Notes under the pieces: model-generated | The model's input: the letters and a program-made list of their open reading frames with translations, nothing else | Told to the model about the DNA's origin: nothing | Databases searched by the model: none | Shown: positions 7,462 through 16,041 of the stretch, piece after piece | Position numbering within the stretch: the first letter of the stretch is position 1 | Layout: each line of letters begins with the position of its first letter | Position numbers and translations under genes: made by a program | Assembly (NCBI GenBank): GCA_046542845.1 | Contig: JBKHAN010000001.1 | Span: 3,267-67,266, forward strand | Direction: 5' to 3' | Length of the DNA stretch: 64,000 nt | DNA from: Spirochaetaceae bacterium | GTDB taxonomy: Bacteria > Spirochaetota > Spirochaetia > DSM-27196 > SKKC01

Positions 7462-9927
7462 ATGAAAAGATTTTCTTTACAGACCGTACGCAAGCCCTTC
7501 TTCCTCGCCTGTGCGATTTTCGTCTCCGTTTCCGCTCATGGTGATCCCGGCTTTCTTACATTTTCGGACCGTCGCGGGCTGCTGGACCCGAACCCGGCAT
7601 CCATAGGATACATCGAACGTGCATACGCGGCCGCGGCGTTTCGAACGGGAGCCGGTTTTGGAGAGCTGCATGACGTGGGAGTGTCGTTGAACGCTCCGGG
7701 GCTCGGCTTTACCATACTCGGGACGGAATCCGCACACGGGTCCCTCACCGAGCTGCGATTTCGCAGCGGTGTTGCCGGGCGGCTCTTCAGCGCCGGTATC
7801 GATTACGGATTGTACCGGGGAAGCGGACGCGCTTCCTACGGGCACACGCTCACGTCAGGTCTTATTGTTCGCGGCAACAACTACGCCTCCGCGGGGTTTT
7901 CGGGCACGGTGAGTCTCACCGGTGACGGTATGGAAGGTGTAGCAGGGCTTTCGATTCGCCCCCTTGGCAATCCCCTCCTCGAGCTGCGCGGCAATTACGC
8001 GGTAGACACCGGACACGTGGATCTTCTCGACGGAGACTGGGACATCGCAGCACAGGTGGAACCGCTCCCCGGTATACGGTTCTCGGGTGGCTACAACCCC
8101 GGACGCGGCGCTTCAGCAGGCATACAGTTCAGTACCGGAGCTATCGGAACCGGGTACACGGTAGAAAACCTGGAAGGCGGGGACGCCGGGCGCGGCATTG
8201 AGAACATATGGTCCCTGCGGGCAGGGGGCTACGATCGAAACGTTTTCGATACGATCCTGGCTCGTCCGACACGCTTTCTGGAGCTGGACCTGTCGGGTTT
8301 CGTAACCGAGCGGGGAGCTTCGCTCTTTGACACGTCTCCGCACATGCGGGAGCTCGTGCAGGCCGTGGAAGAGGCAGCCGTCGACCCCACAGTCGGGGGT
8401 ATCGTCCTGGACGCCACGAACACCACCCTCGGCCAGACCCAGGCATTCGAGTTGTACGAACACTTGCAACGGTTCCGTTCTGCCGGGAAACAGCTTGTCG
8501 TGTTCCTTGAGAACGCGTCGATGGACACGCTGTATCTGATCGCGGCGGCGGACCACGTGGTCATGGACCCCTACGGCGGTATGTTCATGCCCGGTTTTTT
8601 CGCGCAGACGACCTATCTGGTCGACCTCCTGGACGGCGCTGGAATTGGTGCCGAGGAGTTCCGTTACGAGGCATATAAATCGGGGTTTGAGTCCTTCGTC
8701 CGCTCCGATATGTCCAGCGCGGAACGCGAACAGCGACGCGATTACGTCGACCATGCCTTCGATACGCTTTCGAACACGATCACCGGTTCGGAACGCATCA
8801 GCGAACAGGAGTTTCTGGAACTCATTGATTACGCACCGCCCGTATCGGCGCGGATGCTTATGGAGTCCGGTCTGGTGGACCGCACCGGGCGCTATCCCGA
8901 CATCGACGAGATTCTGGAAGACTACACCGGCTCGCCTGTCGCGAGGACGGACCCGAGTCGGCTCGTAACGCGCCTTACCCCCGACGACGCACAATGGGAA
9001 GCACCGGCGCGTATTGGAGTCGTGTTCGCGTTCGGAGAGGTCCTGTCCGACGGCGGAATGAACACCAGAGCTCTGGCCCGTGAGATCAGAAGCATGCGAG
9101 ACGACGAATCCATTGAGGCAATCGTACTGCGCGTGAACTCTCCGGGCGGAACAATACTCGCGTCGCAAATGCTGGCGGCTGAGGTACGCGCGGCCGCGGA
9201 GGTGAAACCGGTAACGGTTTCTATGGGCGGAATCGCTGCATCCGGTGGATACTGGATTGCCATGTACGCGGATACCATCTTTGCCGAACCCCTTACCCTT
9301 ACGGGAAGCATCGGGATAATCGGCGGGTGGTTCTCGGACGAAGGTATCAGCGATCGCCTGCTTCTCGAAACGGACGGCGTGCAGCGCGGTCGGTCGGCAG
9401 ATCTCTTCGGCGGCGCGGTGCTACCCCTCGTGGGCCTGCAACTCCCCGGACGCGGACTGACCGAACAGGAGCGGACCGAGTTTCTCGACCAGTCCGAGGA
9501 GCTCTACGACGATTTTGTCTCACGCGTAGCCGAGGCTCGTGATCTCGACCCGGCAGACGCCGGCGCGGTGGCGGAAGGGCGTATCTGGACGGGGCCCCAG
9601 GCTTTTGAGCGCGGACTCGTCGATAACATCGGGACATTCACCGATGCCTTCGAGTACACTGTTCGCGAGGCGGGTATACGCCCGGGGCGGAGAATCGAGC
9701 TCGTCACGGCACCTGAACTGCCGTTTTTTGCCCTGCCCGGGGCGTTCTCCTCGTTACTCGCGAGCGGCGGCAGTCGGGCAGAGACCGCGATACCCACCGT
9801 CTCGTATCTCGAGTTGATGCTCGAGATGAACGGGCACCCGACAGCCCTCGTCCCGTTTGAGGTCGTGCAATGGTATACGCAGACGAAACGAACCGAAAGC
9901 CCGGACGACTGGAGAGGGTATGAGTGA
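7462..9927 (+). CDS. sppA: signal peptide peptidase SppA (67K type, tandem S49 domains) with an extra N-terminal ~270 aa domain
   Basis: Two S49/ClpP-fold halves; the C-terminal half carries GGIAASGGYWIAMYAD with the nucleophile Ser. N-terminal signal peptide, then a Gly/Ser/Tyr-rich region with alternating residues. Confidence 0.8.
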   Translation: MKRFSLQTVRKPFFLACAIFVSVSAHGDPGFLTFSDRRGLLDPNPASIGYIERAYAAAAFRTGAGFGELHDVGVSLNAPGLGFTILGTESAHGSLTELRFRSGVAGRLFSAGIDYGLYRGSGRASYGHTLTSGLIVRGNNYASAGFSGTVSLTGDGMEGVAGLSIRPLGNPLLELRGNYAVDTGHVDLLDGDWDIAAQVEPLPGIRFSGGYNPGRGASAGIQFSTGAIGTGYTVENLEGGDAGRGIENIWSLRAGGYDRNVFDTILARPTRFLELDLSGFVTERGASLFDTSPHMRELVQAVEEAAVDPTVGGIVLDATNTTLGQTQAFELYEHLQRFRSAGKQLVVFLENASMDTLYLIAAADHVVMDPYGGMFMPGFFAQTTYLVDLLDGAGIGAEEFRYEAYKSGFESFVRSDMSSAEREQRRDYVDHAFDTLSNTITGSERISEQEFLELIDYAPPVSARMLMESGLVDRTGRYPDIDEILEDYTGSPVARTDPSRLVTRLTPDDAQWEAPARIGVVFAFGEVLSDGGMNTRALAREIRSMRDDESIEAIVLRVNSPGGTILASQMLAAEVRAAAEVKPVTVSMGGIAASGGYWIAMYADTIFAEPLTLTGSIGIIGGWFSDEGISDRLLLETDGVQRGRSADLFGGAVLPLVGLQLPGRGLTEQERTEFLDQSEELYDDFVSRVAEARDLDPADAGAVAEGRIWTGPQAFERGLVDNIGTFTDAFEYTVREAGIRPGRRIELVTAPELPFFALPGAFSSLLASGGSRAETAIPTVSYLELMLEMNGHPTALVPFEVVQWYTQTKRTESPDDWRGYE

Positions 9928-11608
9928 TCAGTACGAATATATTGTCAATTTTTCGAACGATCTGATTACGCTCATTGATAAAGAGTACCGATACCGGCTG
10001 GTCAATGACGCGTATTGCCGCCAGATCGGTAAACCTCGAGAGGAGATTCTCGGCGCGAGCGTCTCCGATATTTGGGGGGAAGACACCTTCGATCGTGTCA
10101 TCCGGCCCCGCCTTGAACACTGTTTTGCAGGTGAAACAGTCAACTACATAGACACCTTTAACTTCGGTTCAGTACAGCGACATATGCAGGTGTACTTCTA
10201 CCCCTTTCGCCGTTCAGGAGATGAGATTTCTCACGTGCTCGTTATCTCAGAGGATGTAACGGTGCTGACTGAAACGGAAACCAAGCTTGCCGAGTACGAA
10301 TACCGAGACCAGCTCACGGGTCTGTATAACCGGAACACGATGCAGATAACGCTCGAGCAGCAGATCCGGCAGGCACGGCGGAAGACGGAGGATCAGACGC
10401 TGATCCTTCTGTTCGTGAGCATGCACAATTTCAAATCGATCAACCGCACGCATGGCCACCAGATAGGCGACCTTATCCTGTCCAACAGCGCCTTGCGCCT
10501 CAGCGAGTGCGTTCGATCGAGTGACTTTGTGTTCCGCTTCGACAGCGCCAACTTTGTCGTTCTGTTGACACAGATCGAACGGGACGTTGATGCATCCATA
10601 GTCGCCGGGAAGATACACGACACGGTGACGCTTCCCTACCGGCTCGATACCGCCGACATACGCATCGACTGTCGAATCGGAGTGGCCGTATACCCCCGGG
10701 ATGCGGGGAGTGCCGGGCGCCTTGTTCAATGTGCAAACTCAGCCTGTGTCGAAGCGGAAGAACGTGACGAACCCTTTCTGTTCTTTAATGAGGACCTGCA
10801 TCAGCAGGCCGTGTCCCGTACCGAACTCCACACGCAGCTGCAACGCGCGTTTGAGTACCGCGAATTCGAGCTGTTTTTTCAGCCCCTGCTCGAAGTAACA
10901 CACGAAACGGTTCGCTGGGCAGGGGCCGAAGCGCTGATTCGATGGAACCACCCGGCGCACGGCCTGCTCTCGCCTGATCGCTTCATTGCGCTCGCCGAAG
11001 AAACGCGAGTCGTGAAGACCATCGATACCTGGGTGCTGTTCTCCGTCTGCGATCGCCTTGCGGAACTCCGGCAGCATGGCGACTTCTTTCTTTCCGCAAA
11101 TCTGAGTGCCGCGAGCTTCGCCGGCACCGATCTTGTCGACGTTATTGAACGTGCGATCAGCGAAGCAGGCTTACCGGATGCGAAAGGCCTGCGGCTCGAA
11201 CTGACCGAACGCATGTCCATGCCCGAGCCGGTCCTGCTCGCGAGCCGGATCAGCAACCTGCAGGAACTGGGGCTCGAGATCTGGATCGACGACTTCGGGG
11301 TCGGACAGTCGTCGCTTTCGCTCCTGAAGCATATACCCGCCCGCGGAATCAAGATCGATCACAGTTTCCTTGAGGAAAGCTCGGACATCGAGGACGACCA
11401 TGCCTATCTGCAAAGCATCGTCGCAGGCATCGCCGCCCGAAAACGGGACGCGATTGTAGAAGGCGTGTCCGACGCTCAAAGATACGAGATGGCGCGTACC
11501 CTCGGATGCCGCTACCTCCAGGGCTATTATCTCGGTCACCCCATGTCCTTCCACGACGTGTTGCGCCATCTGCAGTCCACCCCGGCATTCGAAGCGCCGG
11601 GCGCGTAA
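9920..11608 (+). CDS. PAS / degenerate GGDEF / EAL domain protein (likely c-di-GMP phosphodiesterase)
   Basis: ATG at 9920 overlaps the sppA stop by 8 nt (ATGAGTGA). The GGDEF position reads RFDSANF and the DxD position reads SMHNFK. EAL motifs are intact: EALIRW, DDFGVGQSSLSLLK, KIDHSFL. Confidence 0.85.
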   Translation: MSDQYEYIVNFSNDLITLIDKEYRYRLVNDAYCRQIGKPREEILGASVSDIWGEDTFDRVIRPRLEHCFAGETVNYIDTFNFGSVQRHMQVYFYPFRRSGDEISHVLVISEDVTVLTETETKLAEYEYRDQLTGLYNRNTMQITLEQQIRQARRKTEDQTLILLFVSMHNFKSINRTHGHQIGDLILSNSALRLSECVRSSDFVFRFDSANFVVLLTQIERDVDASIVAGKIHDTVTLPYRLDTADIRIDCRIGVAVYPRDAGSAGRLVQCANSACVEAEERDEPFLFFNEDLHQQAVSRTELHTQLQRAFEYREFELFFQPLLEVTHETVRWAGAEALIRWNHPAHGLLSPDRFIALAEETRVVKTIDTWVLFSVCDRLAELRQHGDFFLSANLSAASFAGTDLVDVIERAISEAGLPDAKGLRLELTERMSMPEPVLLASRISNLQELGLEIWIDDFGVGQSSLSLLKHIPARGIKIDHSFLEESSDIEDDHAYLQSIVAGIAARKRDAIVEGVSDAQRYEMARTLGCRYLQGYYLGHPMSFHDVLRHLQSTPAFEAPGA

Positions 11609-11616
11609 GAACACAC

Positions 11617-14091
11617 TCAGAGGTCGACTGTGTAATGCCCTGCCCCGGCGGGGATAACTCCTGCCGAAGCTCCCGTCGGGAGTATAACCTCAAAATCACG
11701 AACCGGGCTTCGGTAGTCTCCATCGATGTGCTCAACGGTCAGGCTCCTGCCGTCGATGCGCAGCGACGTTCGGCGAAAGGCATACCCGGGAGCCTGCCGA
11801 GGACTGCGACCGTCGTCTTCGTACAGTTCAAACACCGCGGACGAGCCCTCCGGTGCCGGGTAGCAGTGAAGCTCTATCGTGGACACCTCCTGACCGGTAT
11901 GGGACACCGGACGCTGCATCGGGATGACCGCCGCAGCGCGAACGAACGCCGGAATCTGTTCGATTGGCGTATTGACCACGATGTCGGCGGGGCCCTCTAC
12001 CTGCGCACCTGAGTGAAAGTCGTACCACAGTCCCGCGGGCACGCATACGAGACGTCTTTTCTGGTCGGGGTACAGAACCGGAGCAACCATAATGGACGGG
12101 CCAAACATGAACTGATCCCACAGCGCGTGAAAACGCTCATCGTCAGGCCAGTGGAGCACCATGGGGCTCATAACCGGAAGGCCGGAATCAGCGGTGTGAG
12201 CGAATACCGAATACAGGTACGGCAGCAGCCCGTACCGAAGGTTAATCGCGTCACGAGCACGTTCCTCCACGGTGCTGCCGAAGGACCACGGTTCGTGCGG
12301 GCGGGTATCAACCGCAGAATGCGCGCGCATATAGGGCGTGAATACCGCGTACTGCAGCCAGCGCGTATACAGTTGCGGCGACGCATTCGACTGAAAGCCT
12401 CCGATATCGCTTCCGACGAAGGGTATGCCCGACAGGCCCATATTGAGAAACATGGGGATGGACTGCGCGAGATGATGCCACGAGGAGTCGATGTCGCCGT
12501 TCCAGACGGCGGCGTATTTCTGTATACCCGCGTACCCCGCACGCGTGAGGAGAAACGGACGCTCATCCGGGCGGTATTTCGCAAAGCCCGCGTGAGTAGC
12601 CTCCGCCATCTTCAGGGCGTAGGCGTTGTGATAATGCATATGCCCTTTCGGTCGACCATCCCCCTCAAGAACAATGTCCAGCGGCGGCGTAAACATTGTC
12701 CGGTCCAGTTCGTTTCCCTCGAAATCTGCAGGTTCGTTCATGTCATTCCAGATGCCTGATACTCCGGCGCCCAAAAGCGCTTTGTGATGGTCGGCCCAGA
12801 ACTCCCTCGCGCGGTCGGTGGTAAAATCCGGAAACACCGCCCGGCCGGGCCAGACCGCCCCGTGATAGACCTCGCCCGAAGAACGTCGCGCAAAGACGTC
12901 CCGTGCAAGCCCGTCGCGGTATACGTGATAGTCGTTATCTGCTTTCACACCGGGGTCGACGATGGTAACGACGCGGACACCCTCCTCGGCCAGACGCGCC
13001 GTCATGGCCGCCGGATCGGGAAACGACTCGCGATTCCAGGTGAAGACCCGGTACCCTTCCATATAGTGAATATCGAGATACACCGCATCCAACGGTATTC
13101 TACGGGTACGAAAAGTCGATACGAGATCCCAGACTTCCGACTCGTTCATGTAGCTGTAGCGACTCTGATGAAACCCGAGCGCCCACTTCGGCGGGAGCTC
13201 CATGGTGCCGGTGAGACCGCTATACTGGCGGACGACCTCCGACAGGTCGGGGCCCGGACAGAGAAACAGCGACAGTCGATTGTCTGCCTGATGAAGCCGA
13301 ATCCGACCCTCTGAAGTCGAATCGAAATCCATCCACGAGACGCCGGGATAATCGTGAAAATACCCCGTGCTGCGCCCGCCCCTGCGCCAGCGCGTAAAGA
13401 ACGGAACAGTCTGGTATAGGGGGTCGGTTGTCTCGCGAATGGCCGGGTCGTCCGTATTCCAGTTCAGATAGCGCTTTCCGCGTTTATCCAGAAAGCCCAT
13501 ACGCTCGCCGGCGCCAAAGACACGCTCCTCTTCCCCGATCTCGAATTCGATACCAATGCGACTCCGCCCGAAGGTAAATACATCGGCTCCAGTCTGGAGG
13601 AGCACCGCGTTATCGCGGGTGTCAATAACGCGCAAAGCTGTCTGTGCATCCCCCGCGATAACCCGATATACGCCCGCGCTCACGACGTACCCGCCTTCAT
13701 CGCTCGCGTCAACGTACATGTCGCCCACCGGGTCGTACGAGTCGCTGTAGGCATACGAGGGCTCGTGCGTCGGGTCGGCAACCATAGCACGTTCCCAGGG
13801 CTCACCGCTGTACTCCAGGTCGGAATCGGATACGCAGACGAGATGCAGAAGCCCGGAACTCAGATGGGTTATGGTCACGATTCCGGCTTCGTAGGTCAGA
13901 CCAACGCTAATACATTTTGCGTCCGCGTCCGCGCGGCCGGTCGCGGAATTCACGGGGATTTCGTCTGATCCGGAGAAGCGCACAGGCCCGCGTTCGGTAA
14001 CTCCGAAGCAATGCAGGAGGCGTCCGGGCGAAATCACCGGAAACGGATCGTCGCGACGAATGGTCATGTCGTCTCGTATGTCTTCACTCAA
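11617..14091 (-). CDS. GH31 alpha-glucosidase
   Basis: KWALGFHQSRYSY and the catalytic-region motif GIWNDMNEP. TTG start at 14091 preceded by GAGGAG. No signal peptide. Confidence 0.85.
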   Translation of the reverse strand: MSEDIRDDMTIRRDDPFPVISPGRLLHCFGVTERGPVRFSGSDEIPVNSATGRADADAKCISVGLTYEAGIVTITHLSSGLLHLVCVSDSDLEYSGEPWERAMVADPTHEPSYAYSDSYDPVGDMYVDASDEGGYVVSAGVYRVIAGDAQTALRVIDTRDNAVLLQTGADVFTFGRSRIGIEFEIGEEERVFGAGERMGFLDKRGKRYLNWNTDDPAIRETTDPLYQTVPFFTRWRRGGRSTGYFHDYPGVSWMDFDSTSEGRIRLHQADNRLSLFLCPGPDLSEVVRQYSGLTGTMELPPKWALGFHQSRYSYMNESEVWDLVSTFRTRRIPLDAVYLDIHYMEGYRVFTWNRESFPDPAAMTARLAEEGVRVVTIVDPGVKADNDYHVYRDGLARDVFARRSSGEVYHGAVWPGRAVFPDFTTDRAREFWADHHKALLGAGVSGIWNDMNEPADFEGNELDRTMFTPPLDIVLEGDGRPKGHMHYHNAYALKMAEATHAGFAKYRPDERPFLLTRAGYAGIQKYAAVWNGDIDSSWHHLAQSIPMFLNMGLSGIPFVGSDIGGFQSNASPQLYTRWLQYAVFTPYMRAHSAVDTRPHEPWSFGSTVEERARDAINLRYGLLPYLYSVFAHTADSGLPVMSPMVLHWPDDERFHALWDQFMFGPSIMVAPVLYPDQKRRLVCVPAGLWYDFHSGAQVEGPADIVVNTPIEQIPAFVRAAAVIPMQRPVSHTGQEVSTIELHCYPAPEGSSAVFELYEDDGRSPRQAPGYAFRRTSLRIDGRSLTVEHIDGDYRSPVRDFEVILPTGASAGVIPAGAGHYTVDL

Positions 14092-14178
14092 AAATGGGCT
14101 CCTCTCAGGAAAATGATCCGGTGGGCAGGAAGTTTTCGTTTACAGGCAAACAATCGTAAGATACAGTTAGCGCAGTTG

Positions 14179-14190
14179 TAAACCGGTTTA
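14179..14190. promoter_or_regulatory. LacI-type operator TAAACCGGTTTA in the GH31/GH13 divergent region
   Basis: Perfect 12-bp palindrome sharing the AAACCGGTTT core of the sites at 19642 and 27604. It overlaps a minus-strand TTTACA-17-TTACGA promoter-like element. Confidence 0.5.
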
Positions 14191-14236
14191 GTATCGGTCT
14201 GGAGGGACCGACGATCCCGGTGTCAGGGGGTATACT

Positions 14237-16006
14237 ATGACAGATCGGCGCAATGGCACAGACCGAAGCAGGCTGCCGGGTGGTAATTTTCGACGGTCTC
14301 AACGCAGTGTGGTGAACCTCGCGCACATCTGTACACTCAGCTTATGCCCCACGCCCAATGTCGTTGATCCGGTGGCTGCTCCTACGAGAACAGGCGTCGC
14401 TGTGAGACGATTTGCCGCTGCCTTGACGTTGTCGGTTATCCTTGCAGGAGCGCTCCTCGGGTGTCGGGACTCAAGCGTATCGTTATCTCCGTCCACCTTC
14501 CGCGAGCCTGTAGAGGTGTCGCCTGACCCGGTGCTCAGCATGGGCGCTGAATCTGCTGACTGGTATCGCGACGCTATCGTGTACCACGTCTGGATTAACG
14601 CGTTTAACGACTCGAACGGAGACGGCATTGGCGACATTCCGGGCATAACCGAACGCCTCGACTACCTGAAAGAGCTGGGTGTGGACACGCTGTGGCTGTC
14701 GCCCTTTTTCGAGTCGGCGAGCACGTCCATTAACCTCCACATGTACGACACGGTGAACCACTACCGGGTTGACCCGCGCTTTGGAACGCGTGACGACGTT
14801 GTAGAGCTGCTGGCCGAGGCCCACGAACGCGACATGCGCCTTCTCTTCGACTGGGTCCCGAACCACGTGTCAATTGAACACCAATGGTTCCGCGAAAACC
14901 CTGACTGGTTTGTCTGGCGTGATGAGCCCGGCTCGCAGAGCGGACCATGGGGGCAGACGGTGTGGCACCAGGCACCCGACGGCCGCTGGTACTACGGAGT
15001 CTTCTGGGAAGGCATGCCCGACATCAATTTCCGCAACCAGCACGCAAAAGATGCCATCACGAATACCGCGATCCACTGGCTCAACATGGGGTTCGACGGC
15101 ATGCGCATAGACGCGGTCAAGTATCTCTTTGAGGGAGATGAGGAAGACGGGCGCGGCTACCAGGACCACCCCGACACATACGAGTACTTCGCAGCGCTCA
15201 GGAACACCATCCTCGCCGGATTCGCCGAACACACCGACAGCGACGGCAACCCCTTTCACAAGGTTATAATTGCGGAAAACTGGACCGACAACCGAACACG
15301 GCTTCTTTCCTACCTCAGGCAGGATGATGTTGCCCTTTTTCACATGACGCTGGACTTCCCCTTCGCGACGCACGCCGGCGGCCGCGATCGCACCTCAATT
15401 GACCGCCACTGGCGCTGGACGACCGACACGGTTCACACGGGCAATGGGTGGATGGCGACATTTCTTTCCAATCACGACGATGCGGCACTGCGCCCGGCGA
15501 CCATGCACGGCGACGTCGGAAGCGCCGCCATGCGTGCCATGCAGATATTCGGCCCAGGTACACCCATTATCTACTATGGGAACGAAATCGGTATGCAGGA
15601 CGCCTCACAGTTCGGCGGCGGTGACCACGCCGACCGTCGCCACCGCCAGCCTTTCGAGTGGGAACGTGCAGCCGAGCAGGAACAGTACGAAGACAGCCTG
15701 CTCAACGTTCACCGCAGACTCACCCGGCTTCGCCACGACCGAATAAGCCTCCGCCGCGGTGACTACACGCTCGTCAGTAACTCCAGCGGCGTCATGGTGT
15801 TTACTCGACGGTACGAAGGCGAAACGACCCTGGCCGTCGTCGGCACCAATCGCCTCGAAGTCGATCTCGAAATCGCACTCCCGGCAGGCGTCAGCTCCGG
15901 TGAATCCCTTCTGTCGCACGCCTCGGAGCTGCAGGTCGCTGACGGGGTCCTTCGCGGCAGCGTTGAACCTTTCGGATTCGCTGCGTTCAACCTGATCGGG
16001 GATTAG
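14237..16006 (+). CDS. GH13 alpha-glucosidase/oligo-1,6-glucosidase-type enzyme, probable lipoprotein
   Basis: YHVWINAFNDSNGDGIGDIPGITERLDYLKELGVDTLWLSPFF, GFDGMRIDAVKYL, FLSNHDD. The lipobox ILAGALLGC lies about 75 aa in. ATG 14237 has an AGGGGG SD; an alternative GTG at 14402 sits just before the signal peptide. Confidence 0.8.
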   Translation: MTDRRNGTDRSRLPGGNFRRSQRSVVNLAHICTLSLCPTPNVVDPVAAPTRTGVAVRRFAAALTLSVILAGALLGCRDSSVSLSPSTFREPVEVSPDPVLSMGAESADWYRDAIVYHVWINAFNDSNGDGIGDIPGITERLDYLKELGVDTLWLSPFFESASTSINLHMYDTVNHYRVDPRFGTRDDVVELLAEAHERDMRLLFDWVPNHVSIEHQWFRENPDWFVWRDEPGSQSGPWGQTVWHQAPDGRWYYGVFWEGMPDINFRNQHAKDAITNTAIHWLNMGFDGMRIDAVKYLFEGDEEDGRGYQDHPDTYEYFAALRNTILAGFAEHTDSDGNPFHKVIIAENWTDNRTRLLSYLRQDDVALFHMTLDFPFATHAGGRDRTSIDRHWRWTTDTVHTGNGWMATFLSNHDDAALRPATMHGDVGSAAMRAMQIFGPGTPIIYYGNEIGMQDASQFGGGDHADRRHRQPFEWERAAEQEQYEDSLLNVHRRLTRLRHDRISLRRGDYTLVSNSSGVMVFTRRYEGETTLAVVGTNRLEVDLEIALPAGVSSGESLLSHASELQVADGVLRGSVEPFGFAAFNLIGD

Positions 16007-16010
16007 GAAC

Positions 16011-16032
16011 CCGGCAACGCCTTCGTTGCCGG
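16011..16032. other. 9-bp hairpin between convergent GH13 and pullulanase genes
   Basis: CCGGCAACG-cctt-CGTTGCCGG. There is no flanking T-run on either strand, so terminator function is uncertain. Confidence 0.3.
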
Positions 16033-16041
16033 CTGCCCGCG

